This document shows, one piece after another, positions 1 through 10,074 of a DNA stretch of 64,000 bases. The DNA is taken from NCBI GenBank assembly GCA_008690995.1, contig VRMN01000003.1:1984001-2048000 (forward strand), in the 5' to 3' direction. A model generated the notes under the pieces. That model was given only the letters and a program-made list of their open reading frames with translations, was not told where the DNA came from and searched no databases. This DNA is from Porphyridium purpureum (lineage: Eukaryota). Made by a program: the position numbers and the translations under genes. Position 1 is the stretch's first letter. Every line of letters starts with the position of its first letter.

Positions 1-1772
1 ACCTGCTCTGGAAGCACAGTCTGGCCAGTCGACTTGACTGTCACGGGCCGTCCCGAGCGTAGCACGGCAAACTGTCGACCCTTCACACCAAGAGCACGCG
101 CCTTTTCCACGTCGATGTCACACACGTCTGCAAAGTCCGCGCCACGGGTGACAGAGTCAGCAGTGGGTCCTTCTGAGACTGATGCCACAGCACCTGACCG
201 GGCCATCGCGTCCGCAAACAACGCACTTCCACCCGCTTGCTTGGCTTGTGCATCCCGCGCTTCTCTGCCAAAACTTTCTCGTTCGCGAATCTCGTGGACG
301 CGGTCGTTTTCCGCAAACACGTACCCGTAGCACATGACGCGGTGCGTGAGTGGCGTGGCTGTAACTTTCACTCCGGAGCGCTCATCGTCAACAAGGTGCC
401 ACAAGCCGTCTTCAGATGCATGAATATCATCACCACGAACTTCTTCTGGATGTGGTGGAGGCACACCGTCGTCGCTCGGATGCCAATCGTCGGGCGAAAC
501 GCCGTCTGGCAAGAGATCTGCACTACCGGGCCGCCATCGCGTGGCTTCTGTTAAATGCGGAAAGTCAGAGTCCCTAGGCACGAGTTCGTGCACGCAGAAG
601 CGAATGCCAACCACGGCTTGAAAGAAAAGTGAGGTGCGTAGAAGCCCGCGCGTGCCGTACGGCCCAAAAATATGAATAATCGGATCTTCTCGCTCCTCGT
701 CTGGGTGCAGCAGAGCTTGTCGCCGCCGCTTCTGAGTGTAGAAACCGGCCTCAACCAACACGCCTGGCAGCCCATACACATGGTCGCCGTGCAGGTGGGT
801 GATAAAGATGTACCGCAACCAGTGGAAACCCTCTGCCCGAAACCATCTCAAGTCCAGCAACCGACGATACGTGTTCTCTCCTGCATCGACAAGAAACACG
901 GTTGGGATTTGGCTCGGGTCCAGAGGCTTGCAACCGATCGCCGCCGCACTAACGTTTCTTGCCTTCGTTGGGACAGCGGAGCTCGTGCCGAGAATAGATA
1001 GGCGCCACGCATTGTTCGCTTCTGGAAGTGGCAGAGGCCTGAATCCATCCCCCTCCCAGGAACGCTGCATCGAGTCGATTTTCTCCCAGTCTGGCTTGAC
1101 GCCCGTCGGCACATACTCGCCCGTATCAAGGTCGAACCGAGCCGTCAGCTTGTCCGGCTGCAGCAATTCTTGCATCTGCTCGGGTAATTCTGCAAACTGC
1201 TCATCCGTGAGCCCAAACTTTGGATCACTAAAAAGCTCACGCCCAATGTCACGCGCCTTGTCCTTGATGTCCTCCCATTTGATGCCCGCAAGATCCGGCA
1301 CGTCTGGGCCGCAGAACTGCACCTCTTCTTCCCACAGCGCGCGATAAAAGTCCTCATCTTCATGGTTAAATCCAAGAACAAGCGGCGATGGCTTGCCCGG
1401 GCGCGCGCGGGCCTTTTCTTCCAGCAGCTGCTGCAGTTTAGACTCTGGTTTTGGCTGCAGATTCAGAATCTCGTTCCGTCGTTTCTCTCTCTTCAGCTGC
1501 TTCTTTGTCATCGACATGTCCTTGACCCTCCGTCCACGTCGCGTACTTTTCTCAGCGCGACTCTTACCGTTGGAATTGCCAGTCATCTCTGCACAACACA
1601 CGCATATCGACGACTTGTTCTCCTTGGTCCTTGCACCCGCCGAGCTTTGACCGCGCGCGACTGCGGAGAAAGATCGGGCACATGCGCTCCACGCATCTTT
1701 ACACGGATAAATTCCAGCCCAGCCCAAGCCAATTAGCAGACGCCGCTCTTGCCGCGCGCGTGCAAACTCCAT
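1..1772 (-). CDS. rnz: tRNase Z (RNase Z, metallo-beta-lactamase fold), organelle-type N-terminal extension; 3' end runs off the window
   Basis: Missing from the ORF track because there is no stop inside the window. My translation of the minus strand gives LGTSSAVPTKARNVS, FLVDAGE, FITHLHGDHVYGLPG (HxHxDH), THRVMCYGYVF and an exosite-like DVEKARALGVKG. In-frame ATGs are at 1772 and 1895, so the start is uncertain. Confidence 0.9.
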   Translation of the reverse strand, partial: MEFARARQERRLLIGLGWAGIYPCKDAWSACARSFSAVARGQSSAGARTKENKSSICVCCAEMTGNSNGKSRAEKSTRRGRRVKDMSMTKKQLKREKRRNEILNLQPKPESKLQQLLEEKARARPGKPSPLVLGFNHEDEDFYRALWEEEVQFCGPDVPDLAGIKWEDIKDKARDIGRELFSDPKFGLTDEQFAELPEQMQELLQPDKLTARFDLDTGEYVPTGVKPDWEKIDSMQRSWEGDGFRPLPLPEANNAWRLSILGTSSAVPTKARNVSAAAIGCKPLDPSQIPTVFLVDAGENTYRRLLDLRWFRAEGFHWLRYIFITHLHGDHVYGLPGVLVEAGFYTQKRRRQALLHPDEEREDPIIHIFGPYGTRGLLRTSLFFQAVVGIRFCVHELVPRDSDFPHLTEATRWRPGSADLLPDGVSPDDWHPSDDGVPPPHPEEVRGDDIHASEDGLWHLVDDERSGVKVTATPLTHRVMCYGYVFAENDRVHEIRERESFGREARDAQAKQAGGSALFADAMARSGAVASVSEGPTADSVTRGADFADVCDIDVEKARALGVKGRQFAVLRSGRPVTVKSTGQTVLPEQ

Positions 1773-3416
1773 CTTCCCGCCTTGTGCGCAGTCACCCAAA
1801 CGCTTTGCGTCTGCTCGGTGCGTCCCAACATCCCGCACATGCGTCCGGCCCAAGCCAACCCCAACCTTCCTCAGCAACTGTACAAAACTGTACATCAGTC
1901 GTAACTGAACCCCACAGACAGCCCAAGTGTACCTAAAGGGTTATTTCTAGGGTCGGCGGGAGAAGCCCTTGAGAATCTGCAAGATGTATGAACGCGAGAA
2001 TGGCGAGATGTGCGTAGCGGGCCAGCGTCAACGTCGTTTGGAGCTGCGCCGCTTGGCAGCCATGCGTTCTCAATGTGCAACGATGCCGCGGCGTATGCCA
2101 TGTTGAGCGGCCTCGGCAGGTCTGACAAGACTGGCGAATTGACCATCACGACATCCTTCCTTTGTGTCGACGACATACTGCATGCCGCATTGCCACACGC
2201 GGCAGCGCTAGCCGCAGTAAAAGTGCTGTGCAGTGTAGATTCAAACTTTTTCTAAAAAAAGCAGCGCGTCGACTTTTTTGCAGGCGCAGTAACATAAGCG
2301 CTGCTGCGTCAATTGAATGTGTGCGTGCTGTCGCAGTTGCACGACCTGTTCATTAAACTGTCCCCAGCCTTCCTTTGTTCCAGGCGTTCTCGTTCACCGG
2401 TACACTCGCCAGCGAAACGACATGTGCATCCCGCGCGCGCGCGCGCGCAAGGAGGCTACACCATCTGGCGCAACTCGTGTATCGCGACACCACGCAAAGC
2501 CGATGCCATCTGTCTCACAGGACGACGCGCTTTGCCAGTAGTCGCCCATCGAGCATAGTCAAACGTGGTGGTTCAATGACACTCTTTGGGTTCGGTGTAC
2601 TTTGTAAGAGCCAGCAGCGCATGCTCGGGAACCCCACCAGGGGTGCGTGTGTGTATGTATATGTGGGAGGTTATTTTGATAGTGAACAGGTGCTGTCTTG
2701 ATAGGAAGGTTGATGTTTCCCTCCGATGGTGGTGGTGCGGCGGTGGTAAATCATCAAGTGGAAAATGAGAATGCGAATGAGAAGGGCTAAAGAGAAGAAA
2801 GTGAAAGGAGAGACTAAGAGAGAAAGGGAAGGAAGGGGGAGAGGGTAAGAGGGAAAGACGGGCGGAGCTAGTCGGCGTGAAGGGGAGGAGGTGGGGGGGG
2901 AAGGAGGGGGAACGATACGTGGGGGGGAATAGAGTGGGCGGGGATAGTGTGATGGTTTGTGTGAAGCGGAGGGGCTGTGTTGTGGCATGTGCGGGAACGG
3001 CGGGTGCGTTTGGAGGAGGGCAAGGCACAATAAACGCGGGCGGCTATCATGTTAAGTGAGTGACGGTGGCGTGGAGTAGGATCAGTTTGAAGTAAGGGGC
3101 GTAAGTGTCGCGGAGAGGGTTGGAGGGATAGGGAGAGAGTGCGGCGTTGTGATAGAGGCGACAGGGAAGGCGAGTGGACGGGTGTCTGCGTTTTCCGTTC
3201 TCAGTCTGCTGCTGTGGGCTCGCACGAGCGGCGCTGGCGCTACGCGAGTTGCATCCTTTTGGAATCGGTTTGTGCTCTACTCGCGACGAATTTGCGAGCA
3301 ACAATCGGTGTCTGTGCAATAGGCCGGTTCGGTTTAGTCTGACCAGTGGAGCTTCCACTCGGTGTGCGTGGAGAAAACACAAGTGCCAGACGTTGTACTA
3401 GCCAGCCAACGCAACC

Positions 3417-4868
3417 ATGAATACGGAAATGTCGGGCGCGCGTATCAACATCGGTGGTCAGGAGGATGACAAGTTCTTCCGGTACAGGATGCCTCCCATC
3501 CAGCCCAAGGTCGAAGGCCGCGGGAACGGTATCAAAACGCGAATTGTCAACTGTTCGACGATCGCCAAGTGCCTCAAGCGGCGCCCGGGTTATTTGTGCA
3601 AGTTTTTCGGCTGTGAACTGGGCGCCCAGACGACGATCAATGAGCCGGAGGATAAGTACATTGTGAATGGCGCGTTTGAGCAGAAAGTGCTGGCTGAGCT
3701 GGTGACCAAGTTCATCGAGTTGTTCGTGCTGTGCTCACAATGCAAGCAGCCAGAGACAGATCTCGTGGTGTCCAAGAAGGGCCTTATCACGCAGGAGTGC
3801 AAGGCGTGCGGGATGTCCTCGATGTGTGACATGACGCACAAGCTTTGCAACTACATCCTGAACAACCCGCCAGATGATAATATGACGAACCCGAAGAAGG
3901 CTAAACGGGGGATGGACAAGAAGGAGCGTCGCCAGAAGAAGGCGGAGCGCGCCACGGGTCTTAACGAAGAGGAAGAGGAGGCTGACACTAAACAGGAAAA
4001 GAAAAGTAAGAAAAAACGTGAGGGTGAGACAGAAGAGGAGGCAGCGGAACGTCGGGCGAGGCGCCGCGAGCGCAAGAAGAAGAAAGAGGCAGGTGAGGCG
4101 GAAAAATCTGAGGACTCGGACGATGTTGAGTGGTCGATGGACACCAGTGAAGCGGCCGTGGCTGCACGTCTCAAGGAGGCCGAGACAGCGGCTGCGCTCC
4201 TTCAAGGTACCAAGGTGTCAGGGTCATCAGCGAAAGCAGATCAGGTGTCGGAAGGAATGGAGCAGCTCTCACTGAATGGAAAGGCTCAGAACGGCGGCTC
4301 TCACAGCGACGATGATGACGTCGACGAAGATGCCGATGTTCAGCGTTTCAAGGAGGCCATCAGTGAAGCTGTAGAGAACGGAAAGGCGCTGAAGGGCAAG
4401 GCCCTTGCCGAAACTGCGCTGGGTATTTCGCGCAGCTCTCTGGATGAAGACGCTGAGCAGGGCGTCGTGGTAGCACATGCAGCGGGATTGATCATGGACA
4501 CCTTCTTGAACACGAGTACGGCTCTAGAGCCCGTCAAATTGGTCAAGAGAATTGTGCCTGCGCTGAAGGGATTGAGCACGATCGACGAACCGCTGGCTCA
4601 GATCGAGATTTGCAATCGCATGGATCGACTGTGTGAAAGTATTGAGGACATGCACGAGAACGAGGAGGACGAGTTTGAAATTCCTGAGGAGAAGGTTGTT
4701 GCACAGCTGCTGAAGGCCTTCTTCGACAACGAAGTGGTGGGCTCGTCAGCGATGTCGGAGTGGTACGAGCGCGAGAGCTATAGCTCCGCGTCGTCTCGTG
4801 CCCGAGAAGTAGCCAAGCCCGTCATCGAGTACATGCTCGCAGAAGAGGAAGGGGAGGATGACGACTAG
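3417..4868 (+). CDS. EIF5: Translation initiation factor eIF5
   Basis: N-terminal DKFFRYRMP..KVEGRGNGIKT, KFFGCELGAQT, Zn-ribbon CSQC/CKACG, acidic W2-like C-terminus. Confidence 0.96.
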   Translation: MNTEMSGARINIGGQEDDKFFRYRMPPIQPKVEGRGNGIKTRIVNCSTIAKCLKRRPGYLCKFFGCELGAQTTINEPEDKYIVNGAFEQKVLAELVTKFIELFVLCSQCKQPETDLVVSKKGLITQECKACGMSSMCDMTHKLCNYILNNPPDDNMTNPKKAKRGMDKKERRQKKAERATGLNEEEEEADTKQEKKSKKKREGETEEEAAERRARRRERKKKKEAGEAEKSEDSDDVEWSMDTSEAAVAARLKEAETAAALLQGTKVSGSSAKADQVSEGMEQLSLNGKAQNGGSHSDDDDVDEDADVQRFKEAISEAVENGKALKGKALAETALGISRSSLDEDAEQGVVVAHAAGLIMDTFLNTSTALEPVKLVKRIVPALKGLSTIDEPLAQIEICNRMDRLCESIEDMHENEEDEFEIPEEKVVAQLLKAFFDNEVVGSSAMSEWYERESYSSASSRAREVAKPVIEYMLAEEEGEDDD

Positions 4869-5241
4869 GATAAGCTTGTCTTCAGTGCGTTTTCGTGAAT
4901 CTCCGTGTGTGTCTAGTACGCGCTCACAACTACAAGGTGTATTACATTCGCGCTGTTGCTGGTGCCGCTTGCTTTCAAGTTTTTCTTCTTCTTTATGTGC
5001 TTTGTTCGGCCGTTGATCTGAGCCTTGTGCAAGTTGACAGACTTGCATTCTTTTCTGTGAAAGTAAATGGAACTATTGGTTAGATCTACCGTCATCCTGC
5101 CGATACATGTCGAATACCAAGGGTGCGTGCGACGTAGCAGCATTCGCAAAGTGGCTGGGCTCTGCTCCACGCAAAGTACGACAGAACGCTGAATGCATAA
5201 AATTGTGTTTTACTGCGGTTGCGCAACAAGGTACGACACGC

Positions 5242-5679
5242 CTAAATCAACCCCATTCGCGACGCCGAGTCGAGCGCATCGTAATCCTGCGTGAGGCGCA
5301 CGTACGCCTTCTTCAGGCCGTCTGGTCGGATGAGCGTGTTAACCTTTGCCGCTTGAATGCCGTACATCTTCTTCACCGCCTCCTTGATCTTTGGTTTGCT
5401 TGCGCGCAGGTCCACAATGAACACGAGCGTGTTGTTGTCTTCAATCTTCTTCATGGCCGACTCGGTCGTGAGCGGGTACTTGATCACACCAAAGCTGTCG
5501 AGCCTGACCTTGCTGGGCCTGCTCTTACGCACGTACTTTGGTGTCCTCGGCAGCGCCAGCGTTCTTGGCCGATGAAACTTGACCGACGTTCGGATCTTCT
5601 TCCCCGCGCGCATCTTGAGCACGCCGCTGCTCAGCTTCTTGGAGGCGCTCTTCGCCTTCTTTACTTCGTCTGCCGCCAT
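5242..5679 (-). CDS. RPL23A: 60S ribosomal protein L23a (uL23)
   Basis: [55 protein letters not shown]. First ATG (MAADEVKK) at 5679. Confidence 0.97.
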   Translation of the reverse strand: MAADEVKKAKSASKKLSSGVLKMRAGKKIRTSVKFHRPRTLALPRTPKYVRKSRPSKVRLDSFGVIKYPLTTESAMKKIEDNNTLVFIVDLRASKPKIKEAVKKMYGIQAAKVNTLIRPDGLKKAYVRLTQDYDALDSASRMGLI

Positions 5680-5914
5680 CTTGCCGACTTTTCTTGTTCC
5701 AAAATACCGTCCCACACGTCGTCCAACCGCTTCCCTGTCCCTCCCCAACACAAAAACTTTCTGTTTCTCCCACCCCGCCACTACTCTGGCCACGTTTGTT
5801 CCCAGCCGTCGGGGCTTCAAGTCTCTCCAAGTGTTATCGCTAGTACTCGGCCCCGTTCCATATGTAAATAACCCCACCGTTCTCATTTTTGTGTGTCGCC
5901 GCCGTCGGGAATTC

Positions 5915-6031
5915 TAGGGTTTCGTCTTCCTATTTTTGAGGCCGCTTGGCTTTGAACCAAGCGGGCAAAGCGCGAATCAGAAAAGTGGCAACCCTGGATA
6001 TAACCAGACCGCTCGGTTATGTTTAGGGTTT
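5915..6031 (-). promoter_or_regulatory. Two telo-box-like motifs (AAACCCTA on the minus strand) upstream of RPL23A
   Basis: TAGGGTTT at 5915-5922 and TTTAGGGTTT at 6022-6031, about 240-350 bp upstream of the RPL23A ATG. Confidence 0.35.
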
Positions 6032-6089
6032 GATGTGTACTGTGGATCGGCCAAGTTGTCAGCAGGTCAAGGAGGGAGGGAAGACGGGT

Positions 6090-7196
6090 TCACGGGTTGG
6101 CGGTGGTGGTGGCAGTGGTGTGCTGGTCGTTGGGTTCACGTGCTTTGATGCTCGAGCGCCATGTTTCTGGGTCCAGCGCAGAACGCGCTTGGCCGAGAAT
6201 GCCTCGTCCGGCGCGCACGAGCTTCTTGATTTGCACTTGGAGCTCGGGCGGCGTCGCCTCCTCCACCTCGTTCGTGAGGCGGTCCATGGTGCTCAGCGCC
6301 CGACTCGCGTCGCCGCGGATCACCTCCGTCTCCTTTTCAATCACTTTGAGCGCGTACGATCCGGCAGACGTGCGGAATTCTTTCGGCAGTGCCCCGGACC
6401 GTTTCAACATTTCCCGCACCGCCAGCGACTGGACCCATTTGGACACAGCGGGCAGGGACGTAAAGTCGTCGCGTCGGTAGTTGATGTCAGTGAGAACAAT
6501 GTCCGGGTGCAGGACAGGGTCCTCCAGGCATGTTGTGCGTAGCGCTAGCGTCATCCCGCCCTCGAGCTTGACACTGTTCAGCTGCCACGTCGCACCTTTT
6601 TGGCGCTCACCCCCGGCTTCAGCATCGGAACGTGATTTCTTGCTCGCATGCTTCCGAGATGCGCCGCCCGTCGTGGCCAGCGCAGGGCGCGCACGACCGC
6701 GATTCGCAATGTCGAACCAGTTTGAACTAGTCAGCGAGTAGTTCCGGAATTCTACAGTTGCCTTGGGCTGCCCAATCACCACGTCCAACTGTAGCTGCAC
6801 CCCCTTAGCACTCTTTTTGTCCAGCGGCTTGCTCCGCATTATCAACACGCTGAGCAGCGCAACAGCCAACGCATTCTGGCTCGCACCTGCATTATCTTTC
6901 ATGCAAAAGTCGTGGAAAGAAACTTGCCACGCTTGCTCGGGTTTCGCCTCGGTCCGAGTGGAGGGAGCTGCGGTGCTCGTGCCGCCGCGGCGCTCATCTA
7001 CGCTCGTGTCGCTTCCCTCCGTCACGGTCACAGGGACGCGCCGCACGCCAATCGAGCGCACACGGACAGGTGTGCGGGTGACGTGGCTCAGCGCTATCGA
7101 GACAAGCGGTGCGCGAAATACCCACAGCGTGACAACGCCTCCGAGCGCCACCGGTAGCGCGAAGCGCGCAAAGGTACCCGCCAACGCTGCTACCAT
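6090..7196 (-). CDS. Hypothetical protein with N-terminal membrane anchor, possibly AsmA-like
   Basis: Long open frame. The first ATG (MVAALAG) is followed by a hydrophobic segment (LPVALGGVVTLWVF), then beta-rich and helical regions. No family motif recognised with certainty. Confidence 0.65.
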   Translation of the reverse strand: MVAALAGTFARFALPVALGGVVTLWVFRAPLVSIALSHVTRTPVRVRSIGVRRVPVTVTEGSDTSVDERRGGTSTAAPSTRTEAKPEQAWQVSFHDFCMKDNAGASQNALAVALLSVLIMRSKPLDKKSAKGVQLQLDVVIGQPKATVEFRNYSLTSSNWFDIANRGRARPALATTGGASRKHASKKSRSDAEAGGERQKGATWQLNSVKLEGGMTLALRTTCLEDPVLHPDIVLTDINYRRDDFTSLPAVSKWVQSLAVREMLKRSGALPKEFRTSAGSYALKVIEKETEVIRGDASRALSTMDRLTNEVEEATPPELQVQIKKLVRAGRGILGQARSALDPETWRSSIKAREPNDQHTTATTTANP

Positions 7197-8508
7197 GGCA
7201 ATGGTCAAGATACAGACGAGTCTCTCGTTCACGTTCGAATGTCGGATTGGCCAAGCCGACACCAAAGCCCAACAACTTCGCCCGGTGGTGTGCCAGGAAG
7301 CACCAAGGACTCAAAAAGACCGGACTGGGCATAGAGCAGTCGCGCTCATCAGAACGCGCGGTTGCTCGATACGCAAGGTGTCGCATGATCAAGCGCACGC
7401 GGTGCTTCGATGCGCTGCGACTGGTGACCACGAGCGCACGGAACACCCAGACCCGAGTCATCTGCAACGCAATGCTTCTCGAGATTTGGCGTCGTCACCA
7501 AGTTGGGCGCAGCGTGTAGCTAGTTGGATTACCTACGGCTTTCCTTTGATTTCACTGGCGTGCTCAGTAGCTGCGCTCCAGTTTCCATCCGTGTTCCTGG
7601 GCCTCATTGCTCCCAAGGCGATTACGGTGAGTCTCTGCGTGCTCATGCTTTCGACTGGGCTGACATTATCGCCTCGGCAGCTGCTGGACGCATTCAAGCG
7701 CCCGCTGCCCCTCGCGCTGGCGTTTATTGGCTGCTACGGATTAATGCCGCTGCTAGCTATGGCTCTGTCCAACACGCTTCTAGGTGGAGCAGCCGGGGAA
7801 ATGCGCGCTGGTTTGCTCCTGCTGGGTATTATCTCGGGCGGACAGGCGTCCAATTTGTGCACCTACATTGCACGGGGTGATACAGCGCTGAGCGTGGCCA
7901 TGACATCGCTCACCACACTGACGTCTGTCGTCATGCTTCCGCTGCTCTCGAAGGCCCTCATGGGCACTGTCGTCGCCGTCTCCGCCGCAGGAATCGCGCA
8001 GTCTTGCTTGCAGATTGTACTGGCACCCATATTCATCGGCACGCTGCTCAATCAGCTATTCTCCGCAACCGTTCAGCGCGTTGAACCAGCGCTCCCTGTC
8101 GTGGGCATCGTCGCCACCTCGATCATCGTACTGCGAGCCGTTGCATCGTCGCAGTCCCTGATCGCTTCCAGCATGAGCTCGGTTTTGCTGCCCGTCCTGC
8201 TTCTCCATTTCTGCGGTGGTCTGGCTGGGTATGGAGTTGCAAAACTCTTCAAGCAAAACGAGGCAACGAGCCGCACACTTGCCATTGAGACGGCTTTCAA
8301 GAGCCCGGCACTCAGCTTTGTTCTCGCCAAGGCGCATTTTTCGGAAGTGGTCGCTGTTGCCTCGGCTGTATCCATTTTTGTCCTTGCGCCCTTGGTCGCC
8401 TCTTTTGCGAGCGTTTTGCGTTACATGTCTGTGGCGGAACGAGCTAAAGGCGCAGCACAAAAAGATCCAGAGTTTCCGACTTACGACGTAGGAGATTATT
8501 CAATTTAG
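7195..8508 (+). CDS. Bile acid:sodium symporter (BASS/SBF family) plastid-type metabolite transporter
   Basis: Multi-TM protein with MLSTGLTL, YGLMPLLA, SGGQASNLCTYIARGDTALSVAMT, SRTLAIET. The start is uncertain; in-frame ATGs are at 6901, 7195 and 7201, and the next lies inside the TM core. Confidence 0.88.
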   Translation: MAMVKIQTSLSFTFECRIGQADTKAQQLRPVVCQEAPRTQKDRTGHRAVALIRTRGCSIRKVSHDQAHAVLRCAATGDHERTEHPDPSHLQRNASRDLASSPSWAQRVASWITYGFPLISLACSVAALQFPSVFLGLIAPKAITVSLCVLMLSTGLTLSPRQLLDAFKRPLPLALAFIGCYGLMPLLAMALSNTLLGGAAGEMRAGLLLLGIISGGQASNLCTYIARGDTALSVAMTSLTTLTSVVMLPLLSKALMGTVVAVSAAGIAQSCLQIVLAPIFIGTLLNQLFSATVQRVEPALPVVGIVATSIIVLRAVASSQSLIASSMSSVLLPVLLLHFCGGLAGYGVAKLFKQNEATSRTLAIETAFKSPALSFVLAKAHFSEVVAVASAVSIFVLAPLVASFASVLRYMSVAERAKGAAQKDPEFPTYDVGDYSI

Positions 8509-8688
8509 AAATCCGAAAGGCAAAGAGAAACTAAGGTAGGAACGAGCTCCGCCCTCATGCAGCTCATTTGAGCATCGACCCGCTTATCTTAATGGCTTCG
8601 ACACCTCACGCGTTGCTCATGCTGGGGATTACCATGAAGGGCTTCCAGCGCTCTTGTCTATTCAGTCTGTCATATTCATTTGCTCTCT

Positions 8689-10074
8689 TCAAAGCGAAAG
8701 TCTGGAACCATCCAACGGATCGCAAAACCGAGATATGTCTCCCCACCGGTGTATTTGGACCCTTCGAGCCATATCCATCTGCTTTTCGCCGCGATCCTTG
8801 ACCTGTGACGCATGGCGCACATCCTGGATGGCAATCGGCGGGTGTGCAACGCGAACCATGAATCCATGTTGCCAGAGATACGGATACATCGTGTCGAACT
8901 GAATGTTGGCCCCGGGCCCCTCGATCCACTTCATCACAGTCTGGAAGATAGACGTGTGGTAAAGCATGGCGAAAGAACCGTACGTTCTCGCATGCGCATT
9001 GATGCACTGTGGCAGGTTTGGAGTTTCTCCGAAGGGCGTCGACCGCACGGCCTCTCGGTTCAAGATTTCAATCTCAGCATCTGACAAAAACCAGCCAGAT
9101 ATGGACCAACCCTTCTGGGGGTACGTGCCGTTCACCCAGACCGCAGAGCCCAGCATGAGAATGCCTGCCGGATTTGAATTGGCCAACACCATGGTGCTGC
9201 ACCGCTGCTCGCTGAGTAGTCTCGTGAGCTTCTCCTTGAAGTCGCACTCAAACACCACATCGTCGTCGACCACCAGGATATTGCCTGATGCTATGCGGCC
9301 GGGCTCAGACAGCTCCGAGAAAAGCTTGTACATTGTCGCCTGGTACCCGCGCTCGCCCGGGCTCAAATAGCCTGGCCTACCCTCCACAAACCTTTGCTTC
9401 GTCTTCGGATCCACGTAGACGCTCTTGCCCTTCTCATCTGTCGAGTAATGCATACCAAATACCGCTGCGCCATCCACGGCCATCATTCGACGAAGCTCGA
9501 TTCCGTGCTGCTTAAGGAAGCTGCGACGAACCTCGTAGCGCTCTGCCGCACCATCCCGATCAAGGCTCAGCACGTATGCCTCCAGAGGCCAGCCTTGCAT
9601 TGGGTCGTCGGCCACATTCTGCCGAGGCGCACACTCTGGCTTCATCTTCATGCTCTTCTCAAAAAACAGGGGCGGGTTGATGTCACAGTCTGCCTCTGGA
9701 GGGGGCGTGGCGGCCACTTCTACTTGAGACAACCTGTCCGTGCGCACAGGCTTCAGATCGGCAGCCTTCGGTTGACTCGGTGCGACCGTCGCACGCGGCG
9801 CGGCAGAAGGCACCTGTTCGGGAAGCGAGTGCCTCTGTAATTCACCTGCGACACCAACACCTATGTCAGTCTGTCCCGCCAGCGCCGATTGCGACGAAGT
9901 GTCCGGGCCATGTAGCGGATGCAAACCCCCTGTTTGCTCGCCGGAGCATGCGCGCCACTGGCCATACAAGCTGGTCATCGGGAACATTGCGAGTCCGGAC
10001 AGACACGCTGCGAATATAATCACCAAGAGCACCTGCATGCGTCGATTCATCATGGGCGACGACACCATTTCCAT
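8689..10074 (-). CDS. Type II membrane glycosyltransferase, GT25-like
   Basis: N-terminal TM (VLLVIIFAACLSGLAMF) and Pro/Ala stem, then YVLSLDR..ER, AVDG, LSPGERGY, ILVVDDDVVF (DxD), YGSFAMLY. Likely start MEMVSS at 10074. Confidence 0.7.
   Translation of the reverse strand: MEMVSSPMMNRRMQVLLVIIFAACLSGLAMFPMTSLYGQWRACSGEQTGGLHPLHGPDTSSQSALAGQTDIGVGVAGELQRHSLPEQVPSAAPRATVAPSQPKAADLKPVRTDRLSQVEVAATPPPEADCDINPPLFFEKSMKMKPECAPRQNVADDPMQGWPLEAYVLSLDRDGAAERYEVRRSFLKQHGIELRRMMAVDGAAVFGMHYSTDEKGKSVYVDPKTKQRFVEGRPGYLSPGERGYQATMYKLFSELSEPGRIASGNILVVDDDVVFECDFKEKLTRLLSEQRCSTMVLANSNPAGILMLGSAVWVNGTYPQKGWSISGWFLSDAEIEILNREAVRSTPFGETPNLPQCINAHARTYGSFAMLYHTSIFQTVMKWIEGPGANIQFDTMYPYLWQHGFMVRVAHPPIAIQDVRHASQVKDRGEKQMDMARRVQIHRWGDISRFCDPLDGSRLSL

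Noticed and set aside
3101..3204. Possible 5'UTR intron or uORF control of eIF5 (GTAAGT at 3101, TTCTCAG at 3204; short uORF ATG at 3049)
   Set aside because: No convincing branch motif and TSS unknown; cannot be supported without transcripts.
5107..5871. 254-aa plus-strand ORF
   Set aside because: Antisense shadow of RPL23A with no recognisable motifs. Long antisense frames are expected opposite GC-rich, codon-biased genes.
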